Of a stretch of 64,000 nt of DNA, positions 46,527 through 57,985 are shown in pieces. The notes under the pieces were generated by a model. That model was not told the DNA's origin. It was given only the letters and a program-made list of their open reading frames with translations, and did not search any database. The stretch comes from an uncultured Alphaproteobacteria bacterium (lineage in GTDB: Bacteria > Pseudomonadota > Alphaproteobacteria > RF32 > CAG-239). The position numbers and the translations under genes are program-made. Within the stretch, counting starts at the first letter, position 1, and each line of letters opens with the position of its first letter. The DNA lies in contig CANRJO010000002.1 of assembly GCA_947630965.1 (NCBI GenBank), positions 5,038 through 69,037 on the forward strand. Reading direction: 5' to 3'.

Positions 46527-48338
46527 CTACTTTATATCCAATTTCAACGCTTCCTGCAAAATTTTGGAGGCAATTGGCGCCGCCACGCCCGAGCCCGAAG
46601 ACCCATGCTCCACCACAACCGCCACGGCATATCGCGGATTTTCATACGGTGCAAAGCCCACAAAAAGTGCATGGTTGCGCAAATTCCACGGTAAATCTTC
46701 ATCTTTGATAATGCCACTGCGGCGCTCTTGCAAGCTGATACGTCTGACTTGTGTAGTGCCTGTTTTGCCGCCCATTTTCATGCCATTGATGTTAAACCTT
46801 GCACCCATAGCCGTGCCGTGCTCGCCGTTGACTACCTCAAACATTCCTCGTTTGACAATGTCAATATTGTTTTTGGAAATGGCAAGTTTGCGGATTTTAT
46901 CTTTTTCTTTTAGGTTAAGCTTTTGGAATGTCGGGCTCACTTCATAACCACCATTAACCACGCGTGAAAGCATGGTTGCAAGTTGTAAGGGCGTGACCAA
47001 AACATAACCTTGCCCAATACCGGCAATCACGCTTTCGCCTTTTTGCCACTTTGTGCCGAAGCGTTTTAATTTCCATGCTTCATCAGGAATAAGCCCCTCG
47101 CGCTCATGGTCAAGCGTAATGCCTGTTTTTTCGCCAAGGCCCAAACGACGTGCCATAGCGGCAATTTTCTCTATGCCAAGCTCCATAGCTACTTGATAAA
47201 AGAAAATATCGCACGAGTTTTTAAGCGCTTCCACCACATTTTGCGGACCATGCCCCGAATGGCGCCAACAGTGAAACAAATGATTTCCAAGTTGCATCAC
47301 GCCCGTGCAATTAAATTGTGTGTCTGGACGAATAACACCTGCTTCCAAGCCTGCCAAAGCCACCACAATCTTAAAGGTTGACCCCGGCGAATATTGCCCG
47401 CTGATGGCTTTGTTCGTGAGCGGCTTTTTGGGGTTTGTAAGCAACTCATTCCATTCTTTACTGCCAATGCCTGTTGTAAACAAATTCGGGTCAAAGGAGG
47501 GCACCGACACAAACGCCAAAATTTCGCCGCTATGCACATCCATCACCACTGCCGCGCCGCTGTTATCGCCAAAGGCATCTTGCGCCACTTTTTGTAAGCG
47601 GCTATCAATCGTTAAATAAATATTTTCGCCCTCAACACCGCGGCTACGCTCTATTTCCTGCATCACACGCCCTAAGGCGTTCACTTCCAACTTCACATTG
47701 CCGCCTAGCCCGCGCAGACGGCTTTCATAAAATTTTTCAAGCCCCGCTTTCCCGATTTTGAACCCCGGCACCATCAAGAGCGGATCCGTATCTTTAAGAT
47801 CTGTATCTGACACAGCGCCGACATAGCCCAAGAAATGAGCGGTATAATTGCCCAAAGGATAACTCCTGTTTAAGCCCTCATCAATAATCACGCCCGGCAT
47901 ATCCGGCGCGTTGAGCTGAAGTTTGGAAACTTCTTCCCATGTCAGGTTATCTTTGAGTTTAACAGGCACAAACTTGCGCTTGGCCTTAATTTCCTCCCTA
48001 ATTTTGGTTTCTTCCTCAGGAGTCAGCGGCATTAACTCTTTAAATTTTGAGAGTGTTTCATCAATGTTGGCGGCTTGTTCGGCAACAATAAGGGCTTGAA
48101 AATTTTGTTCATTTGATGCCAAAATTTCGCCGTTGCGGTCATAGATAACGCCACGCGGGGGAATGAGCATACGCGTTGCAATACGGTTTTCATCGGCGAG
48201 CATTTTGTATTTTTCAGCTTGCAACACCTGCAAATAATAAACACGCCCGATGAGTAAAAACACGCATAAAATACTTCCGATTGTCAAAATCGAAAGCCTT
48301 TGAAGTAAAACTTTGCCTTTGTCATTATCCCTGTTCAT
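46527..48338 (-). CDS. mrdA: Penicillin-binding protein 2 (elongasome transpeptidase)
   Basis: N-terminal TM, a dimerisation domain, and transpeptidase motifs SPGSTFK, SCD and KTGT. The start is probably the MNRDNDKGKV Met at 48338 rather than the longer ORF, which would overlap mreD. Confidence 0.9.
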   Translation of the reverse strand: MNRDNDKGKVLLQRLSILTIGSILCVFLLIGRVYYLQVLQAEKYKMLADENRIATRMLIPPRGVIYDRNGEILASNEQNFQALIVAEQAANIDETLSKFKELMPLTPEEETKIREEIKAKRKFVPVKLKDNLTWEEVSKLQLNAPDMPGVIIDEGLNRSYPLGNYTAHFLGYVGAVSDTDLKDTDPLLMVPGFKIGKAGLEKFYESRLRGLGGNVKLEVNALGRVMQEIERSRGVEGENIYLTIDSRLQKVAQDAFGDNSGAAVVMDVHSGEILAFVSVPSFDPNLFTTGIGSKEWNELLTNPKKPLTNKAISGQYSPGSTFKIVVALAGLEAGVIRPDTQFNCTGVMQLGNHLFHCWRHSGHGPQNVVEALKNSCDIFFYQVAMELGIEKIAAMARRLGLGEKTGITLDHEREGLIPDEAWKLKRFGTKWQKGESVIAGIGQGYVLVTPLQLATMLSRVVNGGYEVSPTFQKLNLKEKDKIRKLAISKNNIDIVKRGMFEVVNGEHGTAMGARFNINGMKMGGKTGTTQVRRISLQERRSGIIKDEDLPWNLRNHALFVGFAPYENPRYAVAVVVEHGSSGSGVAAPIASKILQEALKLDIK

Positions 48339-48861
48339 AAACCGCCTCTTCTCCGGATAAAAGCCAATTTTGAACAAAAATATTAATGCGCGCAATCAGC
48401 GGATAAAGCAACAAAGTTGTAACATAACCCAAACAAATGCCGGGCAATGGTAAAAATGTGCTGTAATAAAAAGACGCCACCAACCACTTAAAAGCATATG
48501 CCCCAAGCGCCACCAAAGCAAAGCCACTCCAACTGACTGTGAAAGCTCTGGTATTGACATAACCGCGAAAGATGTTTGTAAGCAAAAATGCCGTCATATC
48601 CGCCATGACATTCAGTCCGATGGGCGAAAGACTGAGGCAATCCGTTATCAAGCCCAAGAAAAACGCCGAGCCAATCCCAAACAAATCGCGCCGGTAAGAT
48701 GCCCAAAAATAAACGCACATCAAGCTGACATCAGCAATGATATATTTTGAAAATACAAAGTGATAAGGAATGCAAGAAACCAAAATGAGTAATACCGAAA
48801 AACTTACCGGCACCAAGCGCTTCAACTGAAAACTTAAAACTTCAACAAACGAATCGCGCAT
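48325..48861 (-). CDS. mreD: Rod shape-determining protein MreD
   Basis: Small polytopic membrane protein between mreC and mrdA, the conserved mreBCD position. Confidence 0.6.
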   Translation of the reverse strand: MRDSFVEVLSFQLKRLVPVSFSVLLILVSCIPYHFVFSKYIIADVSLMCVYFWASYRRDLFGIGSAFFLGLITDCLSLSPIGLNVMADMTAFLLTNIFRGYVNTRAFTVSWSGFALVALGAYAFKWLVASFYYSTFLPLPGICLGYVTTLLLYPLIARINIFVQNWLLSGEEAVYEQG

Positions 48862-48862
48862 T

Positions 48863-49738
48863 TTAAAGTTTTCCTTTCGATTCCGTTTTCATCTCTTCCG
48901 AATCGGTTTTATAAGCGTCATACGATACAATTTTCACAAATTCAAGGCTTTCAACATCGGTTAAAAGCTTAATAACAATCTGATCCTTATTAACAAAGCG
49001 AACAACACCAAGCGGCAAGCTTGAAGGGAAAATACCACCTACGCCCGATGTTAAGATCAGATCGCCTTCTCTAATATCGGCATCGCGGGCAGTAAACAAA
49101 AGCTTGGGCGATAAGGTGTTATCGCCTGCCAAAATGCCTTGAGCACGCGTGCGTTCGGTTATGACCGGTATGCGCGAGTTGATATCTGTGAGCAAAATAA
49201 TGCGGGCATAAGGTCCGCTCACGCTTTCAACACGCCCGACCACACTTTCGGCACCCAAAACAACTTGCCCTTTTTCCACCTTATGCGTATCGCCAATATA
49301 TGCCATAAGCGAATGTGAAAAACCATCGCCCTCTTCCTGCACAACACGGGCAGTTACAAAACTTGCCTTAGCAGGTGGTGTATAATTTAAGAGATTCGCC
49401 AAAAGCGCATTTTCAATTTCGAGTGTGCGCACCTGATTTTTGAGCATGAGCATTTGCAGATTTTCCTGCTTCAGCTCTTTGTTTTGACTGTAAACAAAAG
49501 CCACATCACGCACTTTTTCATAACCACTATATAAAATTTGCGCCGGAAGTTGCATGCCTTGAATGAGCGGGCTTAAAAATGCTGCAGTCATATCCGAAGC
49601 CTTTTGTAAAAGCAAATTATCGGCTTTGCTCAAAATTAGCAAAGCTAAGGCAACAACAAACAAGACGGCCGTCACGCATTTTCGCAAAAACAGCCGAAAC
49701 TGGCTTAATTTTATAAATAAAACACGGCGCCGCCTCAT
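48863..49738 (-). CDS. mreC: Rod shape-determining protein MreC
   Basis: N-terminal TM, a coiled-coil, and beta-rich domains with …GDLILTSGVGGIFPSSLPLGVV… typical of MreC. Confidence 0.8.
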   Translation of the reverse strand: MRRRRVLFIKLSQFRLFLRKCVTAVLFVVALALLILSKADNLLLQKASDMTAAFLSPLIQGMQLPAQILYSGYEKVRDVAFVYSQNKELKQENLQMLMLKNQVRTLEIENALLANLLNYTPPAKASFVTARVVQEEGDGFSHSLMAYIGDTHKVEKGQVVLGAESVVGRVESVSGPYARIILLTDINSRIPVITERTRAQGILAGDNTLSPKLLFTARDADIREGDLILTSGVGGIFPSSLPLGVVRFVNKDQIVIKLLTDVESLEFVKIVSYDAYKTDSEEMKTESKGKL

Positions 49739-49771
49739 CTGTTATTTTCTCCCGACAGAACGGACGAACGG

Positions 49772-50812
<1,041 letters not shown>

Positions 50813-50979
50813 TCAATTTCTCCGGAAAAAATCATTCTTTTGTAAAATTTTTAGCCCCTTGAGGTCTTATTTTCAATATTTTTTTCATAATATCCTCTTT
50901 TTATTTAGGACACGCTTAAGGCGAGCGAATTTTAAAAGAAACAGCGCTAGAAGGTAAGACTTAAGAACTGTACTGTGAG

Positions 50980-51028
50980 ATAAACAAAAAGAGAGGATGA
51001 GTTATTGCACGAACTCACCCTCTTTTCT
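50980..51028 (-). terminator. Rho-independent terminator downstream of the autotransporter gene
   Basis: Minus-strand sense: gagggtgagttcgtgcaataactcatcctc followed by tctttttgttt. Confidence 0.55.
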
Positions 51029-51065
51029 CTATAAAGGAATTTAGAATAATATTTATGTTCTAAAA

Positions 51066-54000
51066 CTAGAACTTGTATTTGGCTGAGAGAATGCCGCTAT
51101 GATCTTCGAAATCTTTGCGGAACTTGCCTTCATAGCCGGCGGAAATATCCCAACTTTCGTTCAAGGAAGCTGTTAAGCCAACACCGGCTTCAACGCCAAA
51201 GCGTTCTAAGCTCTCGCCTTCAACCCGGTAGGAGCTGCTACCGACATTGACAACGGCGCTGTTATCGCCATCCATCAAGTCGTAGGTCACGCCCAAGCGT
51301 GCTTCAGGACGGAGGCTGATGCCGTTGTCAAACGCCACTTCTTTGGACGCTTTCACATCGGCAACCGCGGTCAAGATGTCTTGATCTTCGGCTTTCACAC
51401 GCTGACCTGCCGTGTCTGTGTAGGCTTCCTGATCAAGGTGTGCATAACGCAAACCAATTTCAGGTGTCACGTTCACGCTGCCTGCCAAGGCTTCATAGCC
51501 TGTCATAGCTTGCAAGCCGAAGACATCAACGTCATACTTGCCGCTGAAACCGCCTAACAAGCTGCTCTTCTTTTCTTTGTACTTAGACATACCATAAGAA
51601 GCAATGCCGTTGACATACCAGTTGCTCGGCTTATATTCGCCATAAAGCATAAAGGTGTGCGAATCGACATCAATATCGCGGTGATGACCGTCAATTTCCG
51701 TATCGCCATAAGCATAAGCAACACCGAGTTTCACGTTATCTGCCACTTCATGATGTGCACCAAAAGCAACGCCTTTTGTCTTGGCATCAAAACCTTTTGC
51801 CTCAGACATATCGTCAACGGTGGACTTGTTAAACAAAGCTTTCACCCAAACAACAGCCTTGTCAAACACGCCGTCGCCCGAAGATTTTCCGGCGGAAGCT
51901 GTGTCAATGCTGTTGGTGCTCAAGTTTGCGCTTACAGCGCCATAGGCGTGAGCCAATTGGTTGGTTTCAACTGTTTGAACGACAGGTGCGAAAGCCGGCG
52001 CCACGTCTTCAGCAAGTGCGGCAACGGTGTTTACATCGTGCTTTTGCAGATGTTCATACATGAAATCATGAATCTCTTTGGCTTTGCCATCCAGATTTTT
52101 CTCTAAGGCGAAAGCGCTCATCGCATTGGAAGCGTTTTCACCCGCACCGGCTTCTTGAGCTTTGGAAGCAATTCTTTCCGCCGAGTTCTTTGAGGCAACG
52201 ACTTGATTGCCTTCAACATTCAAATCATAAAGAACGTTTTCAGCGTGAAGTTTGCTCTTCTCGCCTTTCAAGAGTTCGTCTGTTACGACCTTGCCAAAGT
52301 TAAGCGCTTGGCCATCAATGACGTCACCGGCTTCTTCAGTAACATAAAAGTCAAGTGTGGCATTGCCATTTACGGTTAAATTGGCATAATCATCTTCATC
52401 GGATCTGATTTTACCGTTCACAAGAATGTCATTGTCAGCTTTTTCAACATCAACATGTAAGACGGAGCCATCCTTTAACGTTACGGCGCTGTCATATGTA
52501 CTTGTGCCTAGGTCAAGTGTGCCTGCAACGGCTGTTTTGGCAATGTCGTAATATGCGTCATCCACATGGAGCGTGGCATCCTTTTGGATTACAACTTTAT
52601 TGGCCGTGAATAGTTTTGTATTGTCTAGTGTGAACTCATGGCCGCCTGTGACAGTCATTCTCTTAAGCTCTGCTTTGCCACCAAAGAGACTGCCTGATGA
52701 GGTGTCGGCATTGATGTTTAAGTCTTTCAACAACCCACCTTCTGCAGTTTCCTGAATGGATTTAATTTTAGCTTCGGCTGAGTTGACGTTGATTGTGCCG
52801 ACATTTTCACCACCTATGATGCCGTCAATCTCGCCTTCAAGGTTTATAACAGCATCTTCATCATCCAATGTGAACGTTGATTTATTGATCGATTTCATCA
52901 CGCCGCCTTTTTTGACATTAATGGTGGCATTTTCAATGAACATATTGCCTTTATCATTCTTAGCTGTTCCGTCGCCTAAGGCGCCTTGTAGAAGCATACC
53001 GCCATCATCAATGGTAACCTCGGCACCATCGATTGTGTTTTCATCATCATAACCTGCAATATAGGCTTTGTTGCCATCGGCATCAGTGCCACCAATGTAA
53101 ACTTTAGTACGAATGATGCCTTTATCATCCGTATCGCCGTCAATCGTAAAATCAACGGCATCAATATTGGCGCCGTTCTTGACGGAAATGGTGTCGAGAT
53201 CATTTAGGAGAATTGTACCGCTTTCAACAGAGGCATCGTTATTATCATGTGTGTGAACGGCCACAATTCTTGCGCCATTTTCCAAGCTTATATTGCCACC
53301 ATCAACAGTAATGGTAAAATCTTCATCTCCTTTTGCTCTCTCAGTACTCTCTGTATGTGTGTCTCGACCTAACCAGCCACCATCAGAGTGATAATTTATG
53401 TTTTTCAATTCTAAATTATAAGAAGCAACCACTTTACCTTTATTTTCAATATTGGCGCCGTTCCCTTGACCTGTAATAATGAGGGGAGCAAGGCCCACAT
53501 ATTTTTGATCATCCGTGGTATTTGTCCCGTTACCGCCGTAAATCAGGTGGTCACCTTCTTCAAAGGTCAACGTTTTGTTTTCTGAAATATCTAAATAATG
53601 AGCAGTACCGTTTTTGGGTTTATTATTATACAAATAAATGTTGGTGCCATCTGCCATTTCGACATTGCCGACTGTCAGAGGCTTTCCTTTCTCTTCATTA
53701 TTTGGGTTTGAATTTTGACCAATAATAAGCTCACCTTCCGTAATGCCGGAAGTGCCTTTTTCAATCCGGAGATCAATGCCGCTTAAGTCAACACCTTTAA
53801 GGTCTTTCCACTTTTCTACGCCGGATTTAATACCGTCAACGGTTAAATAACCTTGCACGGTCATTTTATGTCCGCCTGTTAATTTTGAGCCATCATGAAC
53901 TGTAACCCAATGCCCTAACGTGACATCGTTTTCTACCTTAACGTCTTCACCGTTAATGTTAATGCGCGCACTTGAACTGTCGTGACTTGTTACATCACTT

Positions 54001-54110
54001 TCAACAATCAATGATGTGTAGTCATTCTTTGCAGCTTCTTCTGCTTGCGCATTTGAAACCGCAAAGGCGACACTCACGAGCGCTGTTGTTAATAAAAGAT
54101 TATTCTTCAT
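51066..54110 (-). CDS. Autotransporter (type Va) outer-membrane protein with a beta-helical passenger
   Basis: Signal peptide MKNNLLLTTALVSVAFAVSNAQA. A long Gly/Asn/Asp-rich passenger with repetitive beta-strand motifs. A C-terminal ~280-aa beta-barrel ending …LSAKYKF. Confidence 0.75.
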   Translation of the reverse strand: MKNNLLLTTALVSVAFAVSNAQAEEAAKNDYTSLIVESDVTSHDSSSARININGEDVKVENDVTLGHWVTVHDGSKLTGGHKMTVQGYLTVDGIKSGVEKWKDLKGVDLSGIDLRIEKGTSGITEGELIIGQNSNPNNEEKGKPLTVGNVEMADGTNIYLYNNKPKNGTAHYLDISENKTLTFEEGDHLIYGGNGTNTTDDQKYVGLAPLIITGQGNGANIENKGKVVASYNLELKNINYHSDGGWLGRDTHTESTERAKGDEDFTITVDGGNISLENGARIVAVHTHDNNDASVESGTILLNDLDTISVKNGANIDAVDFTIDGDTDDKGIIRTKVYIGGTDADGNKAYIAGYDDENTIDGAEVTIDDGGMLLQGALGDGTAKNDKGNMFIENATINVKKGGVMKSINKSTFTLDDEDAVINLEGEIDGIIGGENVGTINVNSAEAKIKSIQETAEGGLLKDLNINADTSSGSLFGGKAELKRMTVTGGHEFTLDNTKLFTANKVVIQKDATLHVDDAYYDIAKTAVAGTLDLGTSTYDSAVTLKDGSVLHVDVEKADNDILVNGKIRSDEDDYANLTVNGNATLDFYVTEEAGDVIDGQALNFGKVVTDELLKGEKSKLHAENVLYDLNVEGNQVVASKNSAERIASKAQEAGAGENASNAMSAFALEKNLDGKAKEIHDFMYEHLQKHDVNTVAALAEDVAPAFAPVVQTVETNQLAHAYGAVSANLSTNSIDTASAGKSSGDGVFDKAVVWVKALFNKSTVDDMSEAKGFDAKTKGVAFGAHHEVADNVKLGVAYAYGDTEIDGHHRDIDVDSHTFMLYGEYKPSNWYVNGIASYGMSKYKEKKSSLLGGFSGKYDVDVFGLQAMTGYEALAGSVNVTPEIGLRYAHLDQEAYTDTAGQRVKAEDQDILTAVADVKASKEVAFDNGISLRPEARLGVTYDLMDGDNSAVVNVGSSSYRVEGESLERFGVEAGVGLTASLNESWDISAGYEGKFRKDFEDHSGILSAKYKF

Positions 54111-54430
54111 ATGATTGAACCTTTCTTTTTAATCAATTGTTAAAAGAAAACCACCTAAAGGTGGCCGGAGAGTTCAACAATCATACATCAGTAAATGATT
54201 CTTTTAGCCTTTCAGCCTAAGCTTTGGACATTCGCTAAAAGCTCCCCGACCATATGAATATGAATCGGGGATATATCTACTGCCGGCTAAAATTCATAGC
54301 TGACAATATGACGACATTATATCCTAACGCCGACTGATGTTGAGCCGTTGAAAGCTCCGTACCTCTTGGGTACTAAGCATGAAAAAAGCTCCATGCCTGA
54401 AGGTACTGTAGGATATTATTTTAGAAAATG
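54111..54430 (-). promoter_or_regulatory. Conserved ~300-nt structured 5' leader of the autotransporter gene, paralogous to 44489-44830
   Basis: Near-identical to 44513-44820, including the leader hairpin ccacctttaggtgg followed by ttttctttt about 35 nt upstream of the ATG. Confidence 0.6.
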
Positions 54431-54678
54431 CAAGGGGAAAATTTAGGGAATGTGCATGATGAGTAATTAGCTATGTTTTTTGTCCTGGATCTTTCACTTC
54501 GTTCAAGATGACGTACCGAGGCAGCCGCTCCTTTCTTATCCAAGTTTCGACAAGGTGGAGAACCGTTTAGATAGAGTGAAAAATAAAGCGGTAAAAATTC
54601 TAGCGTACTAAAAAAGGTACATGAATTTTGCGAGACCCGAAAAAACGGCTTTAGATGCGCCGCTATACGTCTTTCCAC

Positions 54679-55401
54679 TTAAAAAAGTTCTTGTTGGATA
54701 TTTGTATTGATAATATTCAGTGCTTCCTTGACAATCGGTACTGTCACGGCACGTTGGCGTGCCAAAGAGACGGCGTCTATCTCTTCCACCAAGCGTCGCG
54801 CAAAGGCAAAGGAGCGCTCTATGTTTTGCACGATGTAATTTAACACTTCTTGCGAAACTACAATTTGTCTGTCGGTTAAAAGTTTTAAGACCAACGCCGC
54901 CAACATTTCATCATCAGGTTCTTTAATGGCAACCGTCGGGATCATATTCAGTCTTGACTGTAAATCAGGCAATTTAAAGTGCAAGCGCGCGGGCGGATTT
55001 TCGCCGGTGAATAGCACCGATCCCCCGTTGTTATGATATATGTTAAACAAATGAAACAGTGCTTCATTATCAACTTTTGGCAAAACATCCTCAACCACAA
55101 GGCAAGGACTTTCTTTAAATATTCTATCCACATTCTTGAGTTTGATGTCCTGCGCTTTGATAAACAAAACACGGAAAGGCTTGGCGCAATATTTTATGAC
55201 ATTTTCTGCAAAAATGTGCGCTAAATGCGTTTTGCCGCAGCCTTGTGGACCATATAAAAACAAAGCAAAAAACGTCCATTTAGGCCAAGCTTCTATGACT
55301 TTAAGCGCTTCAATGTTGCAACGCGCCGCCAAAAAATCTTCGCGGTTCATACACGGTTTGACCTCAAAATGAAACGGAATTTGCCTGCTTTGCTCAACCA
55401 T
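54679..55401 (-). CDS. hdaA: DnaA-related regulatory protein HdaA (DnaA regulatory inactivator)
   Basis: Short DnaA-like AAA+ domain: Walker A LYGPQGCGKTHLAHIF, Walker B CLVVEDV. No DnaA DNA-binding domain. 240 aa. Confidence 0.7.
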   Translation of the reverse strand: MVEQSRQIPFHFEVKPCMNREDFLAARCNIEALKVIEAWPKWTFFALFLYGPQGCGKTHLAHIFAENVIKYCAKPFRVLFIKAQDIKLKNVDRIFKESPCLVVEDVLPKVDNEALFHLFNIYHNNGGSVLFTGENPPARLHFKLPDLQSRLNMIPTVAIKEPDDEMLAALVLKLLTDRQIVVSQEVLNYIVQNIERSFAFARRLVEEIDAVSLARQRAVTVPIVKEALNIINTNIQQELF

Positions 55402-57976
55402 TTGTCTGCCCTTTATTTAACACCGCCAAAACTTTTTTGCTTAAATCGCCCAAGCTGTAGGGCTTGGCAATAAACTCAAAATCTTGCGAACCGGCAAGCT
55501 CCTTTTTCGCAATTTCTTCCGAATAACCCGAGGCTAAAATGATGCGAATGTCTTTGATTTTGTTCTTCACGCATATCGCAAGCTCCGCCCCGCTGATGCC
55601 CGGCATGACCATATCCGTAATTAAAAGGTTGAAGGTTTTGCCCTCGTCCAAAAGCTCTAGCGCTGCCTCGCCCGAGGCACAGCCTGTGACTTCATAGCCT
55701 TTTTTCTTTAAAGCCCGCACACCAAACACACGCACGGAATCTTCATCTTCCACAAACAAAATTTTGATGTCTTGCGGATTACCAATAGGCTCCATAACGT
55801 TATCAATTTTGGAAACGTTTAAGCCTAAAATGGGCTTATTGTTGCCCGCACCTGCCGTTAACAAGGGTGCTTTTTGCTCTTTGGGCGCTTGCTCTAAAAT
55901 AACATCGTCTTCATCAAGCGTGTCAAAACGCGGCAAATGTATGGCAAAAGTTGTGCCTTTGTTTAAAACACTTTCAACCTTTATGAAACCGCCTGTTTGA
56001 CGCACAATGCCGTAAACCATCGCCAAGCCCAAGCCTGTGCCCGAGCCGACAATGTTTTGCTTGGTGGAGAAAAACGGCTCAAAAATGTGGCTTAAATTTT
56101 CCGGCGGAATGCCACAGCCCGTATCTGTGACGCGGATAACCACAAAATCGCCCGGGGAAATGGTGTCCGCGCCGAACTGATAAGGCTCGCGCAGGGTTTC
56201 CGTATCCGTTGAAATGCTTAATGTTCCCTTGCCTTCCATGGCGTCTTTGGCGTTAACCGCTAAGTTCAAAATGACTTGCGAAAATTGCACCGGATCAACG
56301 CGAATATAGCCTAAATCGCGCCCATGATAAAACTCCAACTTAATCTGCTCGCCCAAAATACGCTTTAATAAATGCGAAAGCTCAATGAAGTTTTCCGTGA
56401 CATCTATGCGCTTTGGATTTAAGGGTTGTTGGCGCGAAAATGCTAATAATTGCCGCACCAAACTTGCCGCACGGTTGGCGTTTTGCTTGATCTGAATTAA
56501 ATCAGCAAATGAGGGGTCGCCAACGCTGTGACGCTGCAATAAAAGATCGCAAAAGCCAATCATGGCGGTTAAAAGATTGTTGAAATCATGCGCAACACCG
56601 CCTGCCATTTGTCCCATGGCTTGCATTTTTCCCCCTTGTACGGCACGCATTTCCAGATTTTTTTGTTCGGTCACGTCTGTTAAATACAAAACAAGCCCAT
56701 CATAAGATTTCTGCGCACTGTGCCCCCGACGGCGCGGCGCCGTAACAACACGCACAATTTTACCCGCTTTTAAGCGCGTTTCAAGCTTGTTCATATCGCG
56801 ATTTTTTTCGGACTTCGCGTACTGATTGTAAACTTCTTCCAACAAAGTTAGCGCTTTGGCTTGGAAAAAATCTTTCAATTTTTTAGTTGTCAATTCACTT
56901 AAAGGCGTGTCTAAAATTTCCGCTGATTTTGCGTTTGCATGCTCTATCCGCCCTAATTTATCAACAAATAAAATGCCTGTGGGCGCCGTGTTAAACAACC
57001 AGTCTATTTCATCAGTTACATAATTGCGGCTTTCCAAAATTTCAGAATCAAGTGGCACATGGCGCAAGATCAGCCCTCTGATTTTGACCTCATCATTTTC
57101 TTTAAAATTGTTCTGAACCACAAAAAATTGGGCGTTTGTTTTATCGGCTGTTTTAAAAAAGTTCAGCCCCTCAAAAGGCGTTGTGAGGGCATTATCTATG
57201 CAAAGTTGGGTTAAGTTTTTGCCGATTAAATCTTCCCGATTAAAACCTAACAGGCGCGCAAACGTTTCATTAACATATTCCAACGTTCCGTCTGTGCGCG
57301 CCGTGAAAATACCAATCGGTAAATATTGTATGAAGTTATGCAGGCGCTGGCGTTCGTTTTCAAAAATCTGCCCCATGTTGCGCGCTGCCGTGATGTTCTC
57401 AACCGTCCATAAAAAATATGTTTCGCGCTTGATTTTTTCAATGGAATATTCTTCCTCAAACAGCGCCGCTTTCTTCAAACTTATGGGGCGCAACGCCACT
57501 TTATACCACCCTTTGCCGTCCACATTAAGCGATAGCGTTATTTCTTCCTCGCGCAGTTTTTTTAGCGCGGTTTTTAGGCGCTCAAAATCCGTGATGTCTG
57601 CTTCTTCGGAAAGATTTTTTTCTAAAAAATCAATGACTTTTTCGTCCGTTTGGAAAAAGTTTTGCGCCGGCAAATTTTCAATGATGGGCGCGCCATCGGC
57701 ATTATCAATGCGTTTGATGATATGGCGGCTTTGCATGATTTCACTTACCAAACCGCCAAAGGCTATAGCGTCTTCACTAGAGCCTAAAACCCTGATGGCA
57801 AGCCCGATTGATAAGACGGTGATTATTAAAATTGCCATAATCAGCACAAGCGATTGTTGCGGATAAATGAACAAAAGCAACAAGCTGATTGTTAAGGCAA
57901 TCAGCGCGTAAACAAGCGCAATCAACGTTGATTCAAGCTGTTGATCTGGTCTGTCGGGTACGCGCTTTTTTAACAT
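55394..57976 (-). CDS. cckA: Hybrid sensor histidine kinase/response regulator with two N-terminal TMs and PAS domains, CckA-like
   Basis: H-box VAHDFNNLLTAMIGFCDLL. HATPase G-boxes (DTGCGIP, GTGLGLAMVYGI). C-terminal receiver (ILFVEDEDSVR…LITDMVMPGISGAEL). The layout, the HDFNNLL motif and the hdaA adjacency match alphaproteobacterial CckA. Confidence 0.6.
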   Translation of the reverse strand: MLKKRVPDRPDQQLESTLIALVYALIALTISLLLLFIYPQQSLVLIMAILIITVLSIGLAIRVLGSSEDAIAFGGLVSEIMQSRHIIKRIDNADGAPIIENLPAQNFFQTDEKVIDFLEKNLSEEADITDFERLKTALKKLREEEITLSLNVDGKGWYKVALRPISLKKAALFEEEYSIEKIKRETYFLWTVENITAARNMGQIFENERQRLHNFIQYLPIGIFTARTDGTLEYVNETFARLLGFNREDLIGKNLTQLCIDNALTTPFEGLNFFKTADKTNAQFFVVQNNFKENDEVKIRGLILRHVPLDSEILESRNYVTDEIDWLFNTAPTGILFVDKLGRIEHANAKSAEILDTPLSELTTKKLKDFFQAKALTLLEEVYNQYAKSEKNRDMNKLETRLKAGKIVRVVTAPRRRGHSAQKSYDGLVLYLTDVTEQKNLEMRAVQGGKMQAMGQMAGGVAHDFNNLLTAMIGFCDLLLQRHSVGDPSFADLIQIKQNANRAASLVRQLLAFSRQQPLNPKRIDVTENFIELSHLLKRILGEQIKLEFYHGRDLGYIRVDPVQFSQVILNLAVNAKDAMEGKGTLSISTDTETLREPYQFGADTISPGDFVVIRVTDTGCGIPPENLSHIFEPFFSTKQNIVGSGTGLGLAMVYGIVRQTGGFIKVESVLNKGTTFAIHLPRFDTLDEDDVILEQAPKEQKAPLLTAGAGNNKPILGLNVSKIDNVMEPIGNPQDIKILFVEDEDSVRVFGVRALKKKGYEVTGCASGEAALELLDEGKTFNLLITDMVMPGISGAELAICVKNKIKDIRIILASGYSEEIAKKELAGSQDFEFIAKPYSLGDLSKKVLAVLNKGQTNG

Positions 57977-57985
57977 CTTTTTCCT

